Source: Nemertoderma westbladi
Lineage: Eukaryota; Animalia; Xenacoelomorpha
Assembly (NCBI GenBank): GCA_032718475.1
Contig: JAUCBJ010005791.1
Span: forward strand, 1-52,768
Direction of reading: 5' to 3'
Length of the DNA: 52,768 nt
The translations under genes were made by a program, and so were the position numbers. A model generated the notes under the pieces. The model had not been told where the DNA came from. It saw only the letters and a program-made list of their open reading frames with translations, and searched no databases. Positions 11,546-24,300 of the stretch are shown here, piece after piece (position 1 is the first letter of the stretch; the number at the start of each line of letters is the position of its first letter).

Positions 11546-11766
11546 TAGCTTCCGGCTTCCGTTGCTTCCAGGCCATCTTAGCTTCCGGCTTCCGTAGCTT
11601 CCGGCTTCCGTAGCTTCCAGGCCATCTTAGCTTCCGGCTTCCGTTGCTTCCAGGCCATCTTAGCTTCCGGCTTCCGTAGCTTCCGGCTTCCGGCTTCCGT
11701 AGCTTCCGGCATCCGTAGCTTCCAGGCCATCTTAGCTTCCGGCTTCCGTTGCTTCCAGGCCATCCT
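11546..11766. repeat. GC-rich compound tandem repeat (AGCTTCCGGCTTCCGT / TTCCAGGCCATCTT)
   Basis: Direct reading; lies about 440 bp upstream of the P4HA ATG. Confidence 0.9.
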
Positions 11767-12208
11767 TTTTTCATCATCATTTTTGTCGTTCTCGTGTTAA
11801 CTAAATTTCGATTTATTTTAAGTAAATAATTATTTAGAATCTTTAATATTTTATTAAATCCTGATATCTTCGTGGTATGTATATTTGCGTAACGTCCTTT
11901 TGCGCTTTTGGGTAAGATCCGTGGGTTATAAGCTCATGTAGTTGGACGAATTGCAGTAATACAAACATCATTACCGTGGCAACAATGATGACTCGATAAT
12001 TTTTACTGTGTAGTGGATGTGCCTAGAGTGTGGGAAAATTTTTTTAATGAAAAATTATTAAAATTAAAAATTTTTAATTTCTTTTTGACGTTGTTACGGC
12101 AGACTCCAACCAATTAGATGAAACATCCGTTCCATCCCTATAGTTGTCAGTAACAACTGGATTACAACAAAAAGTACAAAATCAACTAAATACAAGTAAA
12201 CGTTCGTA

Positions 12209-12345
12209 ATGGATATGTTACCAGGTATATTGTTATTGTTGGGATTAACTAGTTTATCGAGAGCTCATTATTCAGGGTCTTCTAGGGATGCCTTGAATTT
12301 GGCGAAAATAGAATCGGAATTGGTAGAAATATGGAATTCTCACAG
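12209..12345 (+). CDS. P4HA: P4HA exon 1 (MDMLPGILLLLGLTSLSRA signal peptide ... ESELVEIWNSH)
   Basis: ATG at 12209, hydrophobic leader, donor AG|GTAAGG. Confidence 0.85.
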
Positions 12346-15300
12346 GTAAGGAAATGTAAAAGTGCAGAACTCTTACATGTAATAATAAGTGAAATATGGA
12401 ACATTTACACTTTTAACTATGTAAAAAAAGTAAATACCCGTACTGTATTATAGTAAAGTAATTAATTATTAGGGATACTGTAGCGACCCTGGAACTAGAA
12501 CGTTAGCTGATAGGTTTCCCAGCTAAGGATGCTGGATATGTTGCTAGGCAACACAACAAAACAATGATTCTTATAGCTAGCTAGATCACTACACTTTGTA
12601 CTGAAAGACGCGTATATGTATTAATACTTTTATTACGTATTATTTTAATGATCAAAAGATAATAATACACTAAACTTAGCTCACGCTAAACTGGTGACCC
12701 AGACGCCGAACTCATTTTACCAAGCAAAAACACACGCGATGGATCAAAACGACATTCAGCTACTAGCTCAGGCCATCAAAAACCTAACGACGCCTGTCAC
12801 TGATCCATCTCCTGCACCAGTAATTTCGTCCGTTTCTGTCAAACTCCCTGTGTTCTGGACAGCCGAACCAGAAGTTTGGTTTGCTCAAGTGGAGGCGCAG
12901 TTTGACACGAGAACACCCCCGATTACTGTCGACAAGACAAAGTTTAATTACATCGTTGCAGCTCTGGACAATGCCACTGCTAAAGAAGTTAGATCAATTA
13001 TCCTCAGCCCTCCAATTGATGATCGCTATGAAACTCTGAAGACAGCCCTCATCAAAACCTTTGGTAAATCTCAAGCGGCCAAAGACAATGAATTACTGTC
13101 ATTATCTGGTCTTGGGGATCGTACACCATCGGGACTGCTTCGACACATGCGTTCTCTCAATGGCAACCCTGAGACAATATTCCGTGCTCTTTTCCTGGCT
13201 CAAATGCCTATCGAAGTGCGCCGTATCCTGGCTGGTTCCAAAACGTCGGAGCTTGACCAACTGGCAATAGAGGCAGATAACATTATTGAAGCTTCAGGCA
13301 ATAATTTCGGCCACCCAGGCATCAACTCTACACATTCCGCGCCGCCTCCTTCAAAGCAAAGAACAAAAGCCCGGAATGAACTTTGTTATTTCCACAATAG
13401 ATTTGGAGAAAATGCCCGTAAATGCAACCATGATGGTTGCATCCTCCGTCACCTTGTACCGAATGCAGCCACCCCAATCCGGCCCAAGTTTTTAACCTCG
13501 GGAAACTCCCAGGCCGGCCGCTAGACGTCTCCACGGTCGGCCTTGATCAAATGACGATGAGAAAAACAATGATGGTCAGTGACCGCCGCTCTGGTCGCAA
13601 CTTCCTAGTCGACTGCGGTGCAGATTACTCAGTCTACCCTGCCTCTGCCCACGACAAACGGTTCAACTCGTGTACTGAGTCTCTCATAGCCGCTAATGAC
13701 ACCATCATCCGCACTTGGGGTACACGAAACATCCCTCTTCTCCTAGGTCGTCGATCATTCACCCACGAGTTTCGTCTCGCTGATGTTTCTCGACCCATAC
13801 TCGGTGCCGATTTTTTCGCAGATAACCATTTAGCTATCGACATGGCTGGGCGCCGCCTCCTAGACATGGAGCTGCTTTCCACGATCCCATCACGGGAATC
13901 CACTGTTCAAGCCTCCATTTCCGGCATTCATGCCCCATCTGAGAGCACCTTTGACAAGATTATAGACGAGTACCCTGATCTCCTTATTCCTCGTTTCTTT
14001 GCTGAAGCCTCCAATAAACATGGCGTGGAGCACCACATTCTCACAAAGGAGGGACCACCTCTCCACGCTCGTGCACGACGCCTCGATGCAGACAAGTTAG
14101 CCATCGCCAAGGCAGAATTTGCCAAAATGGAGGAACTCGGAATTATTCGCCGATCTAATTCACCTTGGTCCTCTCCCCTCCATATCGCCCCCAAACCTGG
14201 TGGTGGCTGGCGCCCATGTGGAGACTTCCGCCGGCTCAACGATGTCACCATAGATGATCGTTATCCACTACCCCACATCCATGACTTTAATGCTAGCCTC
14301 GAGAACATGAGGATTTTCTCAAAGATCGACTTGGTGCGAGGTTTTCACCACATACCTGTACACGCCAGTGATATACCGAAAACTGCCATTATAACACCAT
14401 TTGGGCTATTCGAGTTCCTACGAATGCCATTCGGTCTTAAGAATGCAGCGCAAGCCTTTCAGCGTCTTATGGATGGTATCCTTCATGGTGTCCCCTTTGC
14501 TTTTGTATATCTCGATGACATCCTCGTTGCTAGCGCCACTTCAGAGGAACATGTCAACCACTTACAGCAGGTATTCCGCCTCCTCCTGGACAATGGGATG
14601 GTAGTTAACAGAGGTTAATGTGTGTTCGGTGTATCAGAACTAACATACCTTGGCCACAGCGTCAGTGCTTCTGGTATCGCTCCGCTTCCCTCTAAAGTTG
14701 CAGCTATCATCGAATACCCAACCCCCAAGTCAAAACTCGCCCTACAACGTTTCCTTGGCATGATAAACTACTATCACCGTTTTATGCCACGTATTGCCGC
14801 CACCCTCGCAGCTCTCCATGATGCCACTAAGGGAAAGGGGAAAGACATCACTTGGACCACCGAATGTCAGTCCGCCTTTGAAGCTGCTAAGGCAACGCTA
14901 GCATCTGCAACTCTTCTCGTACACCCTAGTTCTGCGAGTGAGATGAGGATCAGCACCGATGCATCAGATATCGCAGTCGGAGCCCAAATTGAACAGCTAA
15001 ACTCTGTTTCTGATACATGGCTACCCCTGGCGTTTTTCTCCAGGAAACTCACCACTGCTGAGTCAAAATACAGTACCTTCGACCGTGAACTGTTGGCGAT
15101 ATTCACCTCAGTCAAACACTTCCAACACTTTATTGAAGGCCGGAAGTTCCATATCCTAACCGACCACAAGCCTTTGACTTTCGCCCTTTCTACATCCACC
15201 GACAGATCACCACGACAAACTCGTCAACTGTCATACATATCAGAGTTTACCACCGATGTTCGCCATATCAATGGTTCTGATAATGTGGTTGCTGATGCAC

Positions 15301-18300
15301 TTTCTCGGGCAGTCAGTCCAACAATCTCTGCGATTCATGTTCCTACTATCGATTACCGCCAATTGGCAGCTGACCAGGTTTCTTCCAATGAAATCGCTTC
15401 CTATCGGACAGCTATATCTGGACTCAACCTCAAAGATGTTTCTTTCGGCGATTATACCGTCCTGTGCGACATCTCTACAGGCAGCAATCGTCCCATAGTG
15501 CCAGCTTCATGGACTAAGCACATTTTCAACACAATTCACAATCTGGCACATACTGGTTGCCGCCCAACGCAACGCGCCATATCATCCAGGTTTGTTTGGC
15601 ACAAATTAAAATCTGATGTCAGAAGATGGTGCCGAGAGTGCCATCCGTGCCAGGCATCAAAAGTGCAACGTCATGTACATGCCCCACTTACACATCGGCC
15701 ACGACCCGACCAACGGTTTGCCAGTCTCCATGTTGACCTTGTGGGACCCCTTCCTGAATCAGAAGGCAATTCGTATCTGTTTACCATCATAGACCGCTTC
15801 ACTCGCTGGCCAGAGGCAATTCCTCTGCAGAACGCCACCACTGAGTCCTGTGCCCGTGCACTCATTAGGCACTGGATTGCTCGGTTTGGTGTTCCCATCG
15901 ACATTGTCTCAGATCGCGGCTCCCAATTCACTTCGCACTTGTGGTCGAAGCTACATCAACTACTAGGCATCTCTGCCTCGTCCACTACAGCCTACCACCC
16001 TCAAGCTAACGGTATTGTAGAACGGATGCACCGTCAACTTAAAGCTGCCCTAAAGGCTCGCCTCAACAACCCAAACTGGATGGATGAGTTACCCCTCGTT
16101 CTCCTCGGAATGCGGACTGCCTGGCGTGAAGACAGCGACTGCTCATCTGCCGACCTTGTTTACGGCACAGCTCTACACCTCCCAGGGGAATGTCTACAGC
16201 GCAGATCTCCTACTGACTGTCCGGATAATCTGCTACGTCTTCAAACTGCAATGCATTCCGCACTCCCTCCGCCTTTCAACTATCATGGCCAACGACATGA
16301 ACACTTTCCAAACCACTTATCATCAACTGGATTCGTTTATGTCCGAGTAGACAAACACCACGGACCCCTGGAGCGGCCCTATTCAGGTCCATTCAAAGTC
16401 TTGAAGGCGGGTGATAAATGTTTCTTACTCGACATCAATGGTAAACAAGACTCCATCTCTGTTGACAGACTCAAAGTAGCATATAAATCGCAGTTGTCAA
16501 CCACAGCTCCAAATCCACCCGCGCTAAAATCTACACCCACACCCACAAACCACTCACCGGAGCCAACCCCAGCAACATTGGAAAAAGTTTCACATTCAGG
16601 CCGTATAATAAAGCCCCCGAACTATTATGGTTTCCAGGCATCATCGCTTCAGTCAGTTCACTGCCCTCCGCTGGGGGGAGCCATGTAGCGACCCTGGAAC
16701 TAGAACGTTAGCTGATAGTTTCCCAGCTAAGGATGCTGGATATGTTGCTAGGCAACACAACAAAACAATGATTCTTATAGCTAGCTAGATCACTACACTT
16801 TGTACTGAAAGACGCGTATATGTATTAATACTTTTATTACGTATTATTTTAATGATCAAAAGATAATAATACACTAAACTTAGCTCACGCTAAAATACTT
16901 AACTATACAGTACTTTCAACTAAAAGCTGGTTTTTATGACAGCAGAGTGGATTTTATGAGTAATATTTTTTCTTCAAAACGAAAAATATAATATTTGGCA
17001 ATATTACAATAAATTATATATTGTTACATTTTGTGTTCGTCTCATTTACCTTTAGGAGACACACTCGAAAACTTTCAGCAACCCTGGACGAAGTAATTAC
17101 ACAAAGTACCGAGACTGGCGTACGGAGTGGTTTCCATAACAACCGGTAAGTAACGGGTTTTACACAATACAGTTAGTATAAATTCGTTATTTATCACTGG
17201 TACCGTAGTAATTCGCCGTCGATTTATGCACGCAATTTAAGCACTAACAATTTTTTTCAGTAAATTATCTCTAAGCGATGTCAGTAAGGATCACGAGATG
17301 GCGTTGTTATACAACGGAAGTTTGACAGACTACTGGAATCATCCAATCAGATTGTTTAAACTCGTGAGACGATTAGAAAATAAACCGTGGCCGCAGCTGC
17401 GTGCGGCTTTACAGAAACGCAGTGCTATTGGTAAGTCAACAATAATTTATTAATTTATATTATAGCCTAGGAAACACTATAAAACGCAGTTACTGTATGA
17501 GTATGAGTATGAAATTAATAAGTGAGAATTCATAATAGGCTTATATATTTTTTTTAACCTGAAAATTTTTTTCTGGTTTATAGATATTTTTGATGAATTA
17601 TCCGAATTTCACAAAAGTCATTTACCAGGATCCAAAGAGGTGGAGAAAGCCGCTTTTGTGATAATGCGAATAAATGAAGTTTACGATATACCAATAAAGC
17701 AACTAGCAGACGGGACTGTAGCTGATGAATCAGGGACTGAGAGTTTATCAGGTAAGTAGTAGGCCTACCTACGGTCGCGGTAAACGATACCTTGCTGGTT
17801 AAATCCGTTGACTTTCATTCACATCTCTCGAAAGAAAACTTTTACTGTGCTTCTAATAAGCGACTATCGGATGCGATTTTCACTTGTCAATCAGCAGGTG
17901 AGAGACTACATAACATGTACTGAAGGTGTTGTTAAGAAAAACCGAATGGGACGTGATAGGCCTACTGTAAGTAGATTAGGGAATATAAATCATTTAAAAG
18001 CAAACTAGAGTCTTTATTTTTCAGCTGATGACCTCTGAGCCTTTATTTTTCAGCTGATGACCTCTATCATGTGGCGTTGGCAGCTCAAGACAGGGAATTT
18101 TACCACAAAGAAATCCAATGGCTTAAAGAAGCACTACGCAAACAAATGATCGAAGATGAATTGGACGAAGCCACTATTGATATAAAGATACTATATGATT
18201 ATCTTCAGTACAGCTACTTACAGAACGGTCAAAATAAGGAAGGGATATATTATGCGAGTTTACTTCTAAATATCGGTAAGACAATTAATGAGTATTAATA

Positions 18301-21300
18301 TTAATAACACACAATCATTGTATATTGATATTTATTTACTGTACAGTATAACTACCGTAGATACAGTTTTACATATTTATAATAAATAAATTATGATTAT
18401 GTCTGCTATAATCTAGGCATATTTAGACCAATTTGTTTCTGGAGGTTTTGTTTTCCGTTTACATTTTAGTATTTTGCTAATAACGTTGGCAATTTTTGGT
18501 GAAATTGAAATTAAATATATAGATTACATTCCAAAATCGAAAAATAAAGCCGACTGAGGTGGCTAAGTATTGCCAAATAGACTATTTTTAATGGCTTGTT
18601 GTATTGAAATAGCTCAGAAATTGAGAAATCTGGCTTTGCTCCAGCAGTAAGAAAAATTGTCAAATTTCGTAGCATACTGAATGATTGAAATTTGAAAAAA
18701 AATAATAGGGGGGGGGGGGGGGGGGGGTCCTTGCTTAAAATGGTTGTTGTTGCATTAAGGAAGATGGTGTTTATTATTTCGGTGGATATTAATAACAAGA
18801 TTGCGGATATTAATAAAGAAACAATCGATGCCATGATATGCCGGAGCTGCTCACTGCACCGCACAGGATCACGTAGACCTATCCGGATATTCATCCGTGG
18901 CGAATTGGCTGAAGGAGCCAAGCCCCAAAATCACCACTACTACTACTACTAGGTCGAGCGAACTCGGACAGTGGAAATGAGATCCTTCCAGGCTTCCCGA
19001 TTCTTCATAGTTGTCGCAATTTCGTTTCTCCCAAGTTCAGTATCCCTTTCAAGTTGATCTATATATGTTATGGCCGGTCATCCACGACTACGCTTTCCAT
19101 GAGTTGGTTGCCAGAGAAGTAGATCTGGTATGACCTCGTCTTTACTTCGCAAGCAGTGCCCACTGAATCTTAATCTGCGTTCACGGAGGGTGGTTGATAC
19201 AGGTGGTATTGTACCATAAAGCTCGGCGTTTGTCATGTGTTGTCTCCAGCTGATGTTTAGGGCTGCCCTTAGTAGTCTTGTGTAGCAACCATCAATTCGT
19301 TGTTCAAGTGATTTAGTCAGTGTCCAGGTCTCACCCCCATATAAAAATACACTTTCCACTGTGGCTCGAAAGAACTTAGTCTTCAGGTGCCTGGAGAGCT
19401 CTGATTTCCAGATGGTATCCATTTTTGATAGAGCTACCCAAGCCTTTGCTTTCCTAACTTCTATGTCCTTTTTGCTACTCTCTATCCATGATCCAAGGTA
19501 CTGGAAGTCATCGACCTTCCTTAGTTGATTATTATCAATGGTTGTCAAGTTTCCATCAACATTAAAGGTCATGAATTCGGTCTTTGTAGCATTTATATGC
19601 AATCCAACCTCCTTAGCAGCCCTCTCCACTTTATTTAGTAGAAGCTGTGGATCTGCTAGGGTATTAGAGAGCAGGGCGATGTCATCCGCAAAGTCGGTGT
19701 CTGTGACTGTAGATGCCGGATATCTACTACTTCTGCGTTCTTGAAGTGTGAATCCCAGATCTTCACCCTTTGTGGCCGTCCTCATTGCGTACTCCAGCAC
19801 AATTACAAATAGTAATGGTGCTAATGTGTCACCTTGCAGTACGCCAGCCAGGATTGAGAAAAACTCAGTTTCACCATCTGGTGTGAGTACCTGTGCTTCT
19901 GTGTCACAATATAACAATCCAATGCCAGCAACAATTACTTCTGGTATTCCATAAGCTCTTAGGATTTCAAGCATTTTACCTCTATGGATGGAGTCGAATG
20001 CCTTCTTGAAGTCCACAAAAGTCATGACTGCGGGGAGATTCTTTGACTTAATTCCTTCAATCAGTCTCCGTAGTGCAAGTATCTGAGCTATTGTTGATCT
20101 ACTTGGTCGAAATCCGTTTTGGCTCTTACGCAGTAGTTTCTCTATGTGAGGCCTAATCCTATATAGAATCATTTTATTGTATATTTTGGCAGCTACCACA
20201 AGCAGACAGATCCCACGATAGTTTGTTGGTATGCCGAGGTCTCCTTTCTTGGGGAGAGGCTTTAGTTTACCTTTAGTCCAAATTGGTGGTGGCTTTTCCC
20301 CTTTTAACATTAACTTTCTGTTTAGCACTCCGGTTTTCCATACCTCCGCTGAGATTTCATCTAATCCACTCGCTTTATTATTGGACATGCTTTTAATGCT
20401 TCTTTGGAGATCGGCAGGTGTGAAGTCCCCTGTTTCTATAGGTAGTGTCTTGTCATATATTTTCCTTGTAGGGCTGACCTCGATGTTTGGTGGCTGCCCA
20501 AGCAAGTTGCTGAAGTGATTTTTCCACTTCCCAACACGTTCTTCAGGACTATCGGCTTTGAGGCGCCCCTTTGCACAACTTTTCCGACCAGATACCTCAT
20601 TTACAGTTTGCCAGGTATGTCTTGATTGTTGCTGTATATGAGTAGTTGTAATTGCTTCAGTTTTATCCTGTATGTACTTTTCCTAGCTGATGTTGTAGGC
20701 CAATTTAAGATCGTCCTTAGCTTTCTCAACCTTGTTAATGTTTTCGGTTGTTGGTTGTTCAGTTTTAACTTTGTAGGCTATCTTAAGATCTTCTCTCTTA
20801 CAAGTAACCTCAGAGTTTTGCCATGGCACATACTGTTTTCGTTTGGGTTTCTGGGGGATATGCCTCTTAGCTGATTCCTTGTGGGCTGTTATTATATTCT
20901 GGTATATTGAATTGGTGGATTGCTCTTCATCCATTGACTGAAGTGCTTCAAAGCGGTTTTGAACTTCTACTGTATAAGCATCCATTACAGCATTGTCAGT
21001 TCTGAGTTTCTCCCAGTCATATTTGATTTGCTTGCTTGTCCTGGGTTTGCTGGCTCTCAAACTGAGTCTGATCTCTGCAGTCACAATTCTGTGGTCCGAA
21101 CCAATTAGGTTGAACGAGCTGTATGCCTCGCAGTTGATCATGCTGTTTCTCCACTTTTTGTTTATAAGGATGTAATCCAGTTGTGCTTTGGTTCCATTAG
21201 GGTATTGAAAGGTCCATAGCTTCACCTTACTCTTTTCGAATGTGTTGTTTGTTGGTATCAATTCACATTCTTCCATTAGGTCTAAAAGTAAGTACCCATT

Positions 21301-24300
21301 TCTGTTAGAACTGGTGTTATAGGTGTAACCCTTGATGTCTTCTGGGCCAATTTGGGCATTCAGGTCACTAGCAATGACTTTAACATTGTGTTTCGGAATG
21401 TCCTTTATAAGTCCAGTTAGTTCTTCATAAAACTTGACTGCTTGTTCTTGCTCTGAGGCATTGGTTGGACTGTAGCAACATATAACTGTTGCCTTGGGAT
21501 TCCCATCAAATGTTGCGATCATAACCCTGGAATTTATAGATAGAATTTATAGCAAATGAGCTTAACAGAATTCCTACTCCACCAATTGATGCATTGGCCG
21601 AGTTTCTTACTGCTGAGCTTGTTACTAACGTCCATCCATTTCCAATGTCATTGTACTTCATGGCAGTAGTGTCTTCATGACAAATCCGATGTTCTTGGAT
21701 GCAGATGATGTCATATTACGATGTTATACTGTATTCCATTGCCAGAGCGAGCATGTCACCCTGTTTGGTATGTGCTTTCAGCGTGCGTGCGTGCGTTCAT
21801 TGTAGCAATCATTAGTGTCCTTTTACATTTCAACAGGTTGGTTCTTCTTTCTTCTCTGTCTTCTGTTCCAGTAGCCAATTTATCGACCCCAGCCTGGTGT
21901 ACCACTGAGGGACGCGGTCCTCCTTGACCCGGGCGACGACCGAGCCGGTATTTCTCCTGGAGGGTTCTCATACTCATATCTTTCAGTTGCGGGAGTAAAC
22001 CGCTTGCGGTCGCAACTCCTACAAGAGTCTTCGCAGTAGATCGCCGTTGGTTGATTACCTTCCGCCGACCTTGTCAGCATGTCTAGCCGTTGGTTGATTA
22101 CCTTCCACCTATCCTTGGCCTACAGCCCTGCTGCCGACTGTAGGGGTCCTTTTGTTACACCCTGAACCAAGTGTGCCTCCTGGGTAGGTTACCTAACACT
22201 GGTAGAGGAGCATCCAGTATAGACAGGGCGGGGCGTGTATCATCTCTAATGCACTACTAGGATCGGCATGCTGCATTGCAGCTGCATTTTTAAGAATGCT
22301 GTGCCGGCTTATCGACAAAATTGCACCGCCACAACTCGTCCCTATCACCCATGACATTTGCTAGATCATCCGCATCTTCAAGGCCAGTGTCCTTTAAGAT
22401 GCCTCTCAAGAAAGTCATGGGCTGTCCACCATGCTTATTCACTCCATGAGGCTGCCAAAGTACAAGATTATGCACTGGCTGGTCCTCACGGCGAAAGCAA
22501 TGTCCTGCAAAGCGGAGGCGATTTTGTTCTAGTGTCAAGCTTGGGGGAACCAATGAGACACCTCCAATGTTATATAGTGTCTGGTTGGAGATGTGTGCAT
22601 TGTACTTGACACAATGAACCCGGCGTAGCATTTTTGTGAATGTGCCATCCAGAGATTTGGTGTCCTCAGCAGTTAGAGCCCAGCATGGACTCCCATAGAG
22701 ACTCTAATGCAGATGCGTATCAAGCCTTTGACTTCAATGTTGCCCTAGGCGCTATAGCCCTCAATGACTTATTCAGTTGACGGGGCTAAACCAACCCACT
22801 CTTGATCAACTAAATAATGAATAGGCTATGCTTATCGGGCCTGCCCTACTGGGCTGACAGCTACAGGTAGTACCACATTACTGCCATAGTGGTAGCAGGA
22901 TCTGGGGACCTGACCTGACCTTCCATAAGTTCGCATATTTCCAATTGGGGTGTCGTTTCAGCCTATGGAAGCACGCCAGCTTTCCATACCTCTGCAGGGA
23001 TTCCTTCCACCCAACCCAAATACTTTAGTCAATATTTTTACTATTCAGATCCCAATAACGAACGGGCTGCTATCAACATTGAATTTGCCAAGAATAACCC
23101 AAATATGAAAAACTATTCCATTAGTGAACCTAGTCTTGGTCATCGTCTCTACAGACTCGGTTGCCAAGGTCACCCAGATTACTATAAACAAGTGGTTAGT
23201 AGTTTGTTACATCTTTATAAACAGCAGTATCACTAAAATATTCGTGGAATTTTGTTGTACATATCTGTCTGTATGCTTCCTATACTACTGCATCTGTCTG
23301 TATGCCTCCTATAATAGTATAGGCCCTACTACAGTATGTATAATAACATTTTATTTTATATTTATTGTGATTCAGCGATCTCTAGATTTCTAAAATAAAA
23401 TAATCATGGATGGGATCATTTTTAGCCCGGGAATAAATATATTTGCATGTTAATAAACAAAAAACAAAACTAATTTAGATACTGTAAATATATATTTAAT
23501 GTTACTATTATTAATTAACCAGCATTGCTGTAATTATTTGTTTTTTTTCTTCAAGTCTAACCGGGTTCGGAGATATCAGATATGCCGCTACAATAACAAG
23601 AATAGCAACCCAAGACTCATATTGAAGCCATTAAAAGAAGAATTAGTTCACCCAGAACCCACTCCCATAACAATATACCACGATTTACTGAATGACCGCG
23701 AGATAGAAACCATCAAAGAATTGGTAGCTAATAAAGTAAGTAAGATTGCGCGTATCGCATACAATAATACAGTAACTTTAGTTGTGAGATAAAAGTAGCG
23801 CTTTTCAGCATTCTCACCCTTTATCTTAACCCTATTAGTACCGGGCTATAAAATGTTGTACAAATACCGGGAGGGGGTCATATTGACCCCCCCCCTCTAA
23901 AATCTACAAATGTTTACGAAAATGTCTGATTTTTTGTTTGTACGTAGGTATCACTTGTCTGGATCCGACCGAAAAAAAAAATTTTCGAAAAAATGTACTG
24001 GGGTGGTTATATTGCAGCACCAAAATTACAAGTAGTGCACAATTTTCACCAAATTTGAAAGTTACATTTTCGGCTAATTATTTTTCAATACAGGTTTTCT
24101 GGGGTGTAAAATACATTGGAAAATATTAAAAAATGATATGATTACTATAAATGGCTGTTTAGTCCTCTCTGCGTAGGAAAAAAATGAAAAAAACAAGTAA
24201 CCAGCACTTTTCAGTTAGAACACAAAATTTTTAATTCACTTATACGATGCTATAAATTCACATTTTCAGGTTTTTGAGGGCGCTGATTCTAATGGAATAC

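Larger units (their letters stand above)
12479..16894 (+). mobile_element. Ty3/Gypsy LTR retrotransposon, near intact, in P4HA intron 1
   Basis: LTRs 12479-12690 and 16684-16894 differ by one visible indel. TSD ATAC at 12475-12478 and 16895-16898. PBS TGGTGACCC at 12692 and PPT GGGGGGAG before the 3' LTR. Domain order PR-RT-RH-IN. Confidence 0.97.

Noticed and set aside
10886-11780. ORFs with KDIFLEYI or RKPEA repeats
   Set aside because: Translations of minisatellites.
14616-14618. Programmed read-through in pol
   Set aside because: The TAA falls mid-RT at a normally conserved Lys (AAA), so it is best explained as a point mutation or sequencing error.
18511-18952. 136-aa and 86-aa ORFs in P4HA intron 5
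   Set aside because: They span a poly-G tract and have no recognisable motif or splice context.
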